The notes under the pieces were generated by a model that saw nothing but the letters and a program-made list of their open reading frames with translations, was not told where the DNA came from and ran no database searches. The position numbers were made by a program, and so were the translations under genes. Below are positions 23,875 to 34,505 of a stretch of DNA of 53,138 nt, piece after piece. Source of the stretch: Octopus bimaculoides. Its lineage: Eukaryota. The stretch lies in contig NC_068983.1 in the NCBI RefSeq assembly GCF_001194135.2, positions 153,895,264 through 153,948,401 on the forward strand, in the 5' to 3' direction. Position 1 is the stretch's first letter. Each line of letters opens with the position of its first letter.

Positions 23875-24708
23875 GAGAGAGAGAGAGAAACTGTGGTAGT
23901 AGTGAACGTGGAAAAGTGCTCAAAACCACCTTACAGCATGACAATTTGTTTCTCTGTTACGTAAATTTGTTAGTCTGTAGCTCCTTGGCGTAGTACCACT
24001 TCATCAAACAGGTAAATTGCAAGAAGGAGAATATTTCCTGGTCGTGACAGTGCATAGAATAAGGCATACCATTCGCTATATTGTGTGAATCTAGTTTGCA
24101 GATCTCCCATTGTACAACCGTACACACATACACGCACAAATATATAGAACTTCAGACGTGATCCATCAAAAATCAACACAGGGTGACGAAACGTGATTTT
24201 AACTATTTTGACTCTATATTTCTGAATAGTGGATACATTCAATTCATAAAAATTTAGTCATAGAATTGCATCATCAGAGCCGCTCGCTAACAGTGGAATG
24301 ATGAACTATTTGCACAGTGTGTTTCTCTCAGGCAAAAGAAAAAAAAAACAAAAGACTGCATCCTTTTGTCTGCATAGTTGACATGAAGTACTCCATCTCT
24401 TTCTCGTTATCCAGCTTCTGAAAGATATAGGCAAATCAGTAAATATAAAACGTCCGTTAGGTAATATAACAGTAGCTTTATAGAACATATAGACCTCGTC
24501 TCACTCGACGTGTTCGAGTGAGGAATATAAAGTAAACTATATAAAGTAAAGTATGGTGTCAACATAAGATAAGTTATTGTGTTAGAGCATTGAATACTGT
24601 GTTATATCGTTTGAGGGGATTTTTATATAGATGCATGATACATAAAATGACTCACATTTTTATCGGTGACAGACAAGAATCGTCCGCTACGGGTGCCAGA
24701 TCTTATGA

Positions 24709-24756
24709 TCTGCCACATGATATGATTTCGCCCTGCCCAGGCTCTTCAGTGGCAGA
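24709..24756 (-). ncRNA. Degenerate type I hammerhead-like motif
   Basis: TCTGCCA-CTGAAGA-GCCTGGGCAGGGC-GAA-ATCATATCAT-G-TGGCAGA: perfect 7-bp stem I and canonical CUGANGA/GAAA core, but N17=G and a mismatch in stem III. Confidence 0.5.
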
Positions 24757-24923
24757 CATCCGATAGCGACATAGCAGCCGAAACCGCGCGTTAAGGTGAA
24801 TATTAAGATTGCTTTTGTTATTAATACTGTTTCCGTCCCTATTAATTATTACTTATCACAACAAAAAGCGCAACAGATCATATCACACTGATATATCTAG
24901 ATATAAGCTACCGTCTAAACCTA

Positions 24924-24999
24924 AATTGCTACAGTTTCAATTTCAATTGCTACAGTTTCAATTTCAATTGCTACAGTTTCAATTTCAATTGCTACAGTT
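24924..24999 (+). repeat. 21-bp minisatellite (AATTGCTACAGTTTCAATTTC) x about 3.6
   Basis: Read directly. Confidence 0.9.
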
Positions 25000-25289
25000 G
25001 AAATTAATTTACAATACTATCAGCTAGAGAATCTGAAGATTAAAGCATTGTAAAGGTCAATGATAAACACCGATATATATCTAGGTATACACAAACTAAA
25101 AAATTACAAAAGGAGAAATAAAAAAAAAAGCAAGATCATAATTAATACAGGGAAATATACAAGACTGGCACGAGCAATATGCTCGTAATCATTGGAAATA
25201 TCAAATGTCAACATTTTATTTGGACAACCAAGTTACGTTTATAAAAAAAGAAAAATTAAGGCAATTAAAAGTCCAATTTTTAAAAAGAT

Positions 25290-26270
25290 AGTACAGCGCT
25301 GAAGGAAAATTCATTCCATCAGGTACCCACAGTACAGCGAAATTACACGTACAACTCACTATGAGTCAAAATATCTTAAACGTATCAATCTTTATTTAAA
25401 TTAATAAATAAACAGATAACATTATCAAAAAATACACACTAGGGTATAACAGTATATACTAACCAGAAGAATTTCTTAATGTTTTTTTAAAAGAAACAAA
25501 CGAAATGGGCCCCATTTTTATCCTAGATGTAGAAAGTCTATTCTTTAAAACTCCAGTAGCAGAAACGAGCGAATTATATCGGATATACAAACACATAAGC
25601 ATAAAGCAATCCCTTACACAAAATTATTTTAAACTACTATTTTTTTTAATTGTTTATGTGCCTACAAGTCAAGTATTGTTAACCAAAGTCTGGAGTACCA
25701 AAGACATTTTACCTACGATCCATATTCGTAGCATTCTACCAAGCTACAAGAAATGAAAACAATAATTAAACGGAGATAGAAATTTACTCTACGTAGGTAG
25801 AGGATATAGTCGTTGTAGTAGACACAAGAAAAGAAGCTGAAATATTAAAAGATGACATAGAGAACAACATAGTGCCAAATATCGACAGCCTTAGAATACT
25901 GAAGCACTCCATTTATAGAGAAAGAAATGTACAGAATAAAAAAAAAACAGTTATTGTCAATAGATATTGCAATACATTTATACCAAACTGCAGATGTATA
26001 TAGACAAAAAAATACAATTCAACAAATTCATCAAATATTACTCTAAATAGAACATTAAATGTATTAGATGCATGCCGGTACAGAACAGACGAACCCATAA
26101 TTAAAAGACTCATAACTTCAAACAAAATGTATCACAACAGACCATAAACTGGGGTTAAAGTAAGAAAACAAAAAAGAATAGAAATTCTTACTAGCAATAT
26201 ATCGCAGACATGTAAGAGGGTAATTATAAAACTGAGTTTCAAATTACTGGATTCCAATCTTTCATACGCA
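25290..26270 (+). mobile_element. Decayed Penelope-like element RT region
   Basis: IPSGTHSTAKLH (cf. PxGxxPAxLYGLPK), ILDVESLFFKTPVAET (cf. SLDVxSLFTNVP), *VEDIVVVV (cf. YVDD), in the correct order. Confidence 0.6.
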
Positions 26271-26434
26271 ACTTTCTCTTATAGTCTCGCCATAAATTTT
26301 GAAACATGTGTGTGTTTGTGCGTGTGAGTGCGTGTGTGTATGTGTGTATGTGTGCGCATGAGTTTGTGTATGTGTGTGTGTGTATGCATGTGTGCAAAAG
26401 TGAATATATCTATCTATATATATATATATATATA

Positions 26435-26760
26435 TATGTAAATATATAAAAACAAAAAGATAAAGAGAGCAAAGGTAAGGTTGAAGAATGTTATGGATAG
26501 AGTCTTACAGCTGTTTCTGGGAAGATCCAGTACTTCCCTTCATCGGAGACAGAACAAATAAAGTAATCTATTATCATATCCATAGGCGGATATTTTTAGT
26601 ATGAAGTAATAATAGATATAATAATAGATTACTTTATGTTTTCTGTCTCCGATGAAGGGAAGTACTGGATCTTCCCAGAAACAGCTGTAAGACTCTATCC
26701 ATAAAATTCTTCAACCTTACCTTTGCTCTCTTTATCTTTTTGTTTTTATATATTTACATA
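26435..26760. repeat. Near-perfect palindrome (140-bp arms, 46-bp spacer), probable inverted Penelope pLTR pair
   Basis: 26435-26574 is the reverse complement of 26621-26760 with 3 mismatches. Confidence 0.9.
26645..26693 (+). ncRNA. Minimal type I hammerhead-like ribozyme motif (mirror copy at 26502-26550, -)
   Basis: GTCT-CCGATGA-A-GGGAAG(tactggat)CTTCCC-A-GAA-ACAGCTGT-A-AGAC: 4-bp stem I, 6-bp stem II, palindromic stem III, GUA cleavage triplet. U4 is replaced by C. Confidence 0.65.
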
Positions 26761-27013
26761 TACACACGCTAATACACGACTTATAATACCCAATCCTGTT
26801 CATACAACGATTGGGGCAAACTAATCGGTATACAGCACTTACTCGGTATTACCTGTATCCTCCTGGGTTTGGTTNNNNNNNNNNNNNNNNNNNNNNNNNN
26901 NNNNNNNNNNNNNNNNNNNNNNNNNNNNNNNNNNNNNNNNNNNNNNNNNNNNNNNNNNNNNNNNNNNNNNNNNNNNNNNNNNNNNNNNNNNNNNNNNNNN
27001 NNNNNNNNNNNNN

Positions 27014-27045
<32 letters not shown>

Positions 27046-27607
27046 CCTGCAAATTAAGCGTACAAAATATGACGTTTTGAGCAGCATCATTCGGCAGATA
27101 TACAAGTAAAAGTCCAGGTAGAGGAATGGAGGAAATGAGGTGAGAGATCCAAGAAAGGTAGCCTGGAGTTTGTCTTCCGAACAAAATGCAACGAAGATTT
27201 TATTGTTACTTCAATATACTCAATTATGTCTTGTTTTTTCTTTTTTTGTTTGCTGTCCGGAAGACGTCTTCAAATGATAGGGTTTCATTTAACACTTTAT
27301 GTGTATACTGTTATTTTTGTCAAACATTATATCAACTGTGCACAATTTTTCTTTCTAAGTGAAATTTTCTCATTCTGCGCCGTTTGTTTATTTGAGAAAT
27401 TAATTTATTTTGTAAATGTTTACTTAGTGGTTGTATTTATATATTTATTGTTTATTATCTAGGAGATGTATCTGAAGAGAAAAGAAACCCAGTAAATGGA
27501 GAACCGTTCAGAATCAAGATTACTTCATTCAGCTACGCTTTCGAAGTTATCGAGAAGTACTGCAGCAAAAATTTACCATATCTGGAAATGTTAGCTGCAA
27601 ATGCTGA

Positions 27608-27609
27608 TG

Positions 27610-27687
<78 letters not shown>
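27608..27687 (+). repeat. (AAT)n microsatellite
   Basis: Read directly. Confidence 0.95.
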
Positions 27688-28065
27688 TTTCTAATTGATG
27701 TATCAATACCAGCAGATGACAACGTTTCTCTAAAAGAAATGGGAAAACTTTCAAAATACAAAGACCTGGAAATAGAGATAACTCGAATGTGGAATCTAAA
27801 AACAGAAACAATTCCTATCATAGTAGGTGCCTTAGGTATAATAAAAAAAAATATTCAGACAAATACATAACAAAAACACCAGGACTTACAAATATATATA
27901 ACATACAGAAAATTGCACTACTGGGTACTGCACACATTCTACGCAAAACACTTTCAATACAGTAAACATAAGAGCACCACAGCAGCCCACAGCACATACC
28001 CAAGGCGCACAGAGCTGCGCTCGGTAGTGAAGTGAATGCACGTTATAAAAATAAAACTACTGAAC
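27688..28065 (+). mobile_element. 5'-truncated R4/Dong-like element (REL C-terminus plus 3' UTR) inside (AAT)n
   Basis: FLIDVSIPADDNVSLKEMGKLSKYKDLEIEITRMWNLKTETIPIIVGALG...IQKIALLGTAHILRKTLSIQ*. (AAT)n lies directly on both sides. Confidence 0.9.
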
Positions 28066-28128
<63 letters not shown>

Positions 28129-28140
28129 TACGACAACAAC

Positions 28141-28698
28141 AAATGCCCTGATGCAGTAACAATAATGGCTCTCGTGGCTTCTGAACTTAACTAAACAGAA
28201 TTGTTATCATCTACATTGTTTTGTCTTAGTATAAAGGATTGGCTACAGCAAATATTCTGCTGAATACCACAGATTTGCTTGACAGTTGCTTAATTTTAAC
28301 CAGTTGAGCATGACCCTTAGTGGCTGACGATATGTGCATCTCTGATCACGAGCAATAGTAGTTGGGGAGCATCATAGTCATGTGTTGAGAGGAATTCTTT
28401 GGGGTTTGGATATTTTCACAACTGGAAACATGGGTGTTTCGTTCAATAACGTTTAACAACCCTCAGTCAGGGGCCTTTTGAGTGGGATTGGCTAGTTGAC
28501 CCGAAGAAACTTCTAACTGAGCCCCACTTACGAGTTCAAACGCTGTCTATCTTGATATGCGATCACCACGTCGCACACATATGGTTCTCATGCATGTATT
28601 TCGTGTACCCTTATCTGACGGATAGTCATGATAGGCATACGGGGCTTCATATATTTTACCCCAGTTTCAGTTTGATAGCACGGTCTGTTCTCTCACCC
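28141..28698. repeat. Unassigned ~560-bp non-coding block embedded between (AAT)n tracts
   Basis: More GC-rich than the background with sharp borders against (AAT)n at both ends. No convincing ORF. Confidence 0.45.
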
Positions 28699-28728
28699 AA
28701 TAATAATAATAATAATATTAATAATAAT

Positions 28729-28790
<62 letters not shown>

Positions 28791-28914
28791 TAATAATGAA
28801 ATTTACAATGATTGGCATGACATTCTTAATGAAAATGAAAATTAATTTCAATATAAGTATTATTATAGTTAATACAATACTTATGGATGCTGCATTTATT
28901 ATTATTATTATTAT

Positions 28915-28959
<45 letters not shown>

Positions 28960-28974
28960 CAGTAGTAGTAGTAC

Positions 28975-29013
<39 letters not shown>

Positions 29014-29025
29014 CTTCAATTGTAT

Positions 29026-29058
<33 letters not shown>

Positions 29059-29118
29059 TAGTAGTAGTAGTTGTAGTAGTATTAGTTGTAGTTGTAGTAG
29101 TAGTAGTAGTAGTTGTAG
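28699..29118 (+). repeat. Compound trinucleotide array (AAT)n...(TTA)n(TAG)n(CAT)(CAG)(TAG)n
   Basis: Read directly. Confidence 0.9.
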
Positions 29119-29804
29119 TATCGTTTCTCGTTATTTAATTGTAAAAGTTTGTGACATCTTAATACGAAAGCAGGAGATATGTCAGTTAATTAACTTTGCT
29201 ACCATGTTCATTTGCAGACACACGCAAACAATTTCCATACACAAGTGTATATATATATATATATATATATGGTTTTAAGTGTGTGTGTGTATGTATATAA
29301 GTAAGGAAAATATACATAAATGCATACATCAATATAAATGCAAAAATATAACTGCTATATTTTCTCATTAAATACATTAACTATTCAAGATCATATGGTA
29401 ATGTAAGTTATACATACTTTCATATCTGCCTGTCTGTCTATATGTATATATGTATGCATGTATTATGATATGAAACATACATACATACATACATANNNNN
29501 NNNNNNNNNNNNNNNNNNNNNNNNNNNNNNNNNNNNNNNNNNNNNNNNNNNNNNNNNNNNNNNNNNNNNNNNNNNNNNNNNNNNNNNNNNNNNNNNNNNN
29601 NNNNNNNNNNNNNNNATATATATATATATATATAAATATTAAACATACATATTATACATTTATACATATACACATATATACATATAACATATAACACATA
29701 CATTATGCAAATATAAAATTATATCCGTTATGTGTTTCCAATATGAATCTATAAAAATAATTCTCTTTAACGTTTATATGGAGTATATATTAACAGATGT
29801 ATAC

Positions 29805-29935
29805 CTAAATACATACATACAAATATAGCTACATACATACATACATACATACATACATACATACATACATACATACATACATACATACATACGTACGTAC
29901 GTACATATATACATACGTACACATACATACATACA
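29805..29935 (+). repeat. (TACA)n microsatellite
   Basis: Read directly. Confidence 0.95.
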
Positions 29936-30149
29936 TGTGAATGTAATTGTGTCTAGGCTGATAGCTTTAGTAAAGTTTATTGCATGTCATATCAACTGTT
30001 CCAATTTTGAAATAAATGCCACCAACTCGTGCAATTAATAATGATGGTAATGATATTAATAAGAATAATGAAAATAATAGAATAAAATTACATGTAGGGA
30101 GTATACAAGGGGAGCGAGGCAAATATGACAAACAAGGTTAAATTGAAGA

Positions 30150-30480
30150 AATGTTATTAAATCGATAAGTTTAAAGCAGTGCCTGTTATCAAACATGGAA
30201 CTGGAAGTGTGGGCTGGAGGAAAGGTGAAGTGCAGAAACAATGAAAGATTTTTCAGTTCCAGACCTCTCTCCGGAAAAAAACCGCAGCTTCGCCCCACTC
30301 GCGGTCGATAAGTAAACCTCGTATCTACCGAAGGTGTGTATGGAAATTCGTCGGTCGGAGAATGTGCTATCACTGATAACCAATACATCTAAACAAAGTA
30401 ACCTGAGGTCACTAAGTAGCTGTATATAGCTGTTTTCCAAGGCATTTATACTGCCTATTCTGAGCAAGGCCGTGTTTGTT
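30150..30480 (-). pseudogene. AP-endonuclease N-terminus of E3 ORF2 (frameshifted, truncated)
   Basis: LRIGSINA...LLSDLRLLCLDVLVISD...FGRYEVYLS, then in a second frame GRSCGFF.ERGLELKNLSLFL...CFKLI. These resemble the first APE motifs of L1/Tx1 ORF2. Confidence 0.7.
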
Positions 30481-31472
30481 AGTGAGAAGTAGAATAAAAT
30501 GAATCAGTTACCCTATTTTTATGGAGAGTACGATGTTCTGTCCTGGCTATATATGGGTGTCTCTACAAATTCTTTGTATGTCCCTTTTTTAATAGACCCA
30601 TGGAAAACCCATATCCCTTCGGGATATTTTGTTTCCAGTTTGTTATTTCTTGCGTTGATTTTATAATTTTTACGTGAATGAGGGTGAATAGAGGATGTAT
30701 TCATTCTGAGTGACGTCTGTGAATTTTTAATGATTTTATTGACATGTTTTTGCTTGTGCCTATGGCCGTGTAATTAAGGATGTTTTGTGGGTGCTGTTCA
30801 TGTTGCTGACCTGGATTTCTATGTGTTTTCGTTTGTTGAGGTGTTTGTGACATTGTTAGTATTCGTAACGTTAGAGATGTTTGTAGTTGCGCTGTTGTAG
30901 GGTGGATGGATGTCTGATGGTTTGTTGGTGTCTGTGTCTCCTCTTCTAATCTCTTTGTTTTTAGTCTTGTACCGCACTTTTTATTTTTTTTGTTTCCTCC
31001 TTTCTTTCAGCAGAATACTCTTTGCTGGGTTTCCAAGCTAGTTTACCTCGCTAGACGGATTTTCGCGATCGGAAAATTCGGTGGGACTAAAGCGTTGAAT
31101 GTTTGCACCGTCACGCACTTCTAAGTCGTTGGTCAGGTCGACTGGTGGGAGTGAGATTTCTGTCTGTTGCGTAAGTCTAAGTGTTGTTATTGTCTCTCTG
31201 AGGTGTGGTACGCGTTATGGCTGCTGAAATTGTTGAATGGATCTCTCCTACAGCACTTTCTTTTTCAGCTTTGAATACCGCTGTTCTTGACATTGACGAT
31301 GTCGGTTTTATTTTTGCTGGTGATACTGCAGTTGTTTTTGTTGCGTTAGAAGTGTCTGTAACAGCGCTACCTTTTTGTCTTCTTTGCATGCGGCACAAAA
31401 GCTTTAAATGGCTTCGTTATAAACGCGGATCTCAATTTTGTTGCTTCTACTTTCTTCAATTAGGGAGGTTTA

Positions 31473-31704
31473 AGGCGGCGAGCTGGCAGAACCGTTAGCA
31501 CGCCGGGCAAAATGCTTAGCGGTATTTCGTCCGCCGCTACGTTCTGAGTTCAAATTCTACCGAGGTCGACTTTGCCGTTCATCCTTTCGGGGTCGATAAA
31601 TTTAGTACCAGTTACGCACTGGGGTCGATGTAACCGACTTAATCCCTTTGTCTGTCCTTGTTTGTCCCCTCTATGTTTAGCCCCTTGTGGGCAATAAAGA
31701 AATA
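31473..31704 (+). mobile_element. Full-length tRNA-derived SINE (empty reference for the E1/E2 target), inserted in E3
   Basis: GGCGGCGAGCTGGCAG head, B box GAGTTCAAATTC, tail CCCCTTGTGGGCAATAAAGAAATA. Perfect 11-bp TSD AGGGAGGTTTA at 31462-31472 and 31705-31715. Confidence 0.92.
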
Positions 31705-32376
31705 AGGGAGGTTTATCAGATTAGGAATAACTTCGATAGTTATCAGATCGATCTCAAACTGCAATTCTATGCCCGTGCCTGACCAATTCTCCTTTCCCAT
31801 TGTATGAACTTGCAGATATTTTTGGTATTGTTTTCAATAGCGTATAATACGGCTATCGCTAGTAGAGAGATATCCACTTCCGGTGGCACCTTTATTTTGA
31901 CAATCCTCCAACCGAGGTATATCGGAATTAGTCATAATTCCTTACTTTTGAGGGTTGCTATGACATTTTCTTTGGCTTCATGTCTTGTTGCACTTCTTCT
32001 GGTGTCTTGTTAAGGAAGATTGTTCTGCCGTACTTTGTAAAATGCAGCTGAACGTCACTCAATAGTATGTTTTATCTCGACTTCTTTACCTTTTCCGATG
32101 AGCTTGTGCGAAATTGTTCCACATTCTACTTTTAAAAAGATTGTCAACCGTTGCCATTTTATGAATGTTTGTGGTAATCGTGGTGGTGGTGGTGGTGGTG
32201 GNNNNNNNNNNNNNNNNNNNNNNNNNNNNNNNNNNNNNNNNNNNNNNNNNNNNNNNNNNNNNNNNNNNNNNNNNNNNNNNNNNNNNNNNNNNNNNNNNNN
32301 NNNNNNNNNNNNNNNNNNNNNNNNNNNNNNNNNNNNNNNNNNNNNNNNNNNNNNNNNNNNNNNNNNNNNNNNNNNN

Positions 32377-33992
32377 AGAGAACTGTTTAAACAAATTGAA
32401 AAGGATGACTTCAAATAGCTTGGAATAGTTAAGTTCAACGAAATGATGGACAATTGAAGGACTAACTACGGATGGATTATTTCAGAAGACTAAGTTTGTG
32501 TTGCATTCAGAATTAACCGGATAGAATAAAATCCAGGCAGGTGATACATTGGCGATAATATCACTTCGGTATGGAGCTGGAATCATAAACTGGCAATAGA
32601 AAGAACTGATGAACAGGGATACGAAGACAAGAAAAATATTGACAGTGCACGGAAACTTTCAACATAAGAGTGACAGCGAAAGGCTGAACTTGTCCAGAAG
32701 AAAAGGTGGAAGAGGTTTGATCAGTTGCCAGGATGGTAACGAAGAAGAGAAGCACAGCTTAGTATGATATATAAAAGATACCGTAGAACCATTGTCGAAA
32801 AATGTAAAGAAGTTCGGTGTCATCAAAGTTGATAACTTCGTAAAGAAAGAAAAACTTAAACAGGAAAAGAACACCCCGCGCCAGAAGCAGAAACAGTATT
32901 GGAGGAGAAGATAATGTACGGTCAGTTTGCAAGAGATACGAACGCCAAGACAGATACAGAACACCGGTGGCCATGAATGAAGTGGAGTGACCTGAAAATA
33001 GAGACAAAAGCGCTTATATGTACAGTACATAAATATGTGAAGTGTAGAATCGACAACACTAACAGCAACAAATACAGAATGATGGGTGGTGAGAGGGGTG
33101 AAACGGTACGGCACATCGTTAGCGAATGCCTGGAATTGGCACAACGCGAATACAAAAGAGGATATTAAANNNNNNNNNNNNNNNNNNNNNNNNNNNNNNN
33201 NNNNNNNNNNNNNNNNNNNNNNNNNNNNNNNNNNNNNNNNNNNNNNNNNNNNNNNNNNNNNNNNNNNNNNNNNNNNNNNNNNNNNNNNNNNNNNNNNNNN
33301 NNNNNNNNNNNNNNNNNNNNNNNNNNNNNNNNNNNNNNNNNNNNNNNNNNNNNNNNNNNNNNNNCGTTAGCGAATGCCTGGAATTGGCACAACGCGAATA
33401 CAAAAGAGGATATTAAAAACAAAAGATAACAATGCGACAAGTATGATCCATTGGGAGCACTGTGGAAATCACGGCCTACAAAAAGCAAAGACGTGGTGGG
33501 AGCAAACCTCGCAAGGAATCAGCGAGAATTAAAATTGCAAAATCTTGCGGGATGTAATGATTCAGTGCGATCACCTGACCAGACATCAGTGACCTGACAT
33601 TGTTGTGAAAACTATAAGAAAAAATATGCATGATAATCGACATAACATGTCCCAGTAAGAACAGGATCAAAGATAAGGAAGAAAACTGAAAAACTACGAG
33701 GATTTGAAGTGGGAAATACGACGATCGTGGTCAATGAGGAGAGTAGACGTGATCCCAATTGCAACTGGTGCACTTGGAACTATCAGCACTCAACTAACAA
33801 CATTACTCAAAAAGTTTGGTGTAAATGTAAAGATAAACCACTTACGAAAATCAGCATTGCTTGGAACTGCCAGAATGATTAGCAGAGTTCTTGAAGCATG
33901 ACCAGTAAACAAAGTGTCATCTTTGACTGCTGGCTGTGGATAGCAGATACTTTTCATCATGCCTAGGAAAATAAGCTGAGAATTTTAATCAC
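32377..33992 (+). mobile_element. Decayed R4/Dong-like element 3' portion ending in (AAT)n
   Basis: EEKIMYGQFARD, WSDLKIETKALIC, GETVRHIVSECLELAQREYKR (CCHC region), and WEIRRSWSMRRVDVIPIATGALG...SALLGTARMISRVLEA* (REL). Confidence 0.85.

Positions 33993-34068
<76 letters not shown>
33993..34068 (+). repeat. (AAT)n microsatellite between two Dong-like fragments
   Basis: Read directly. Confidence 0.95.
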
Positions 34069-34069
<1 letters not shown>

Positions 34070-34505
34070 GCATGGACAATATTTACCTCGAAGCCGAAAT
34101 GCTGATGAAGACTGATGAAGCAACAACCTATCAGTGGCTGAGAGGCTCGGGACTTACAGCAGCGACTAAAGGTTTCATATTAGCGGCACAAGACCACCAA
34201 AAACTACCAGACTGACGTTCTTCAAAACAATTCTGTCTCTAAATGCAGATTCTGCGTTACGTTTGACGAAACAATAGAGTATATTGTCTCGGGATGTCTT
34301 GTGCTGACACCAAACGAACAAAGAAATCGCCACGATAGGGTGGGTCAGTATTTATATTCGAATTTCTGTAAACACTACAAATTCAAGACTCCTGCTTACT
34401 GGTATGAACATCATGCAGAGCCATTCGTTAAAGGTAAAAATGTCACTATCCTCCGGTATTTTCCACTCAACGCCGTCAGAACCATCCAAGCTAATCGGCC
34501 AGACA
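34069..34505 (+). mobile_element. R4/Dong-like fragment of a different subfamily
   Basis: TYQWLRGSGL...GFILAAQD; KCRFC..FDETIEYIVSGC.VLTPNEQRNRHDRVGQYLY...RTIQANRPDI. Confidence 0.85.

Larger units (their letters stand above)
30100..32175 (-). mobile_element. Decayed L1/Tx1-like element 'E3': ORF1 homologous to E1/E2 followed by the start of ORF2 (AP endonuclease)
   Basis: Manual translation gives VIATLKSKEL*LIPIYLGWRIVKIKVPPEVDISLLAIAVLYAIE (E1: ATDILRIEKIALQPRYRGRRSVKIRIPRVTSEIKPEWLVATVLAATKE), ENWSGTGIELQFEIDLITIEVIPNLINLP and a knuckle remnant RSHLKLLC. The 5' end runs into a gap. Confidence 0.7.

Noticed and set aside
27608-28795. CRISPR-like repeat/spacer architecture
   Set aside because: The repeats are simple (AAT)n tracts separated by TE fragments in eukaryotic DNA. 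There are no fixed-length repeats or cas genes.
28693-29278. Poly-L/S/V/N ORFs (also 27533-27870, 35544-35948, 51357-51768)
   Set aside because: Translations of trinucleotide microsatellites. Only the Dong-like portion from 27688 is genuine coding remnant.
30560-30680. CRE/SLACS-like motif (EITNWKQNI)
   Set aside because: Context shows it lies at the end of E3 ORF1, directly upstream of an APE, so the resemblance is probably coincidental.
33117-33417. Identical 53-bp direct repeat (33117-33169 and 33365-33417)
   Set aside because: The two copies sit exactly on either side of an N gap, typical of an unmerged contig overlap.
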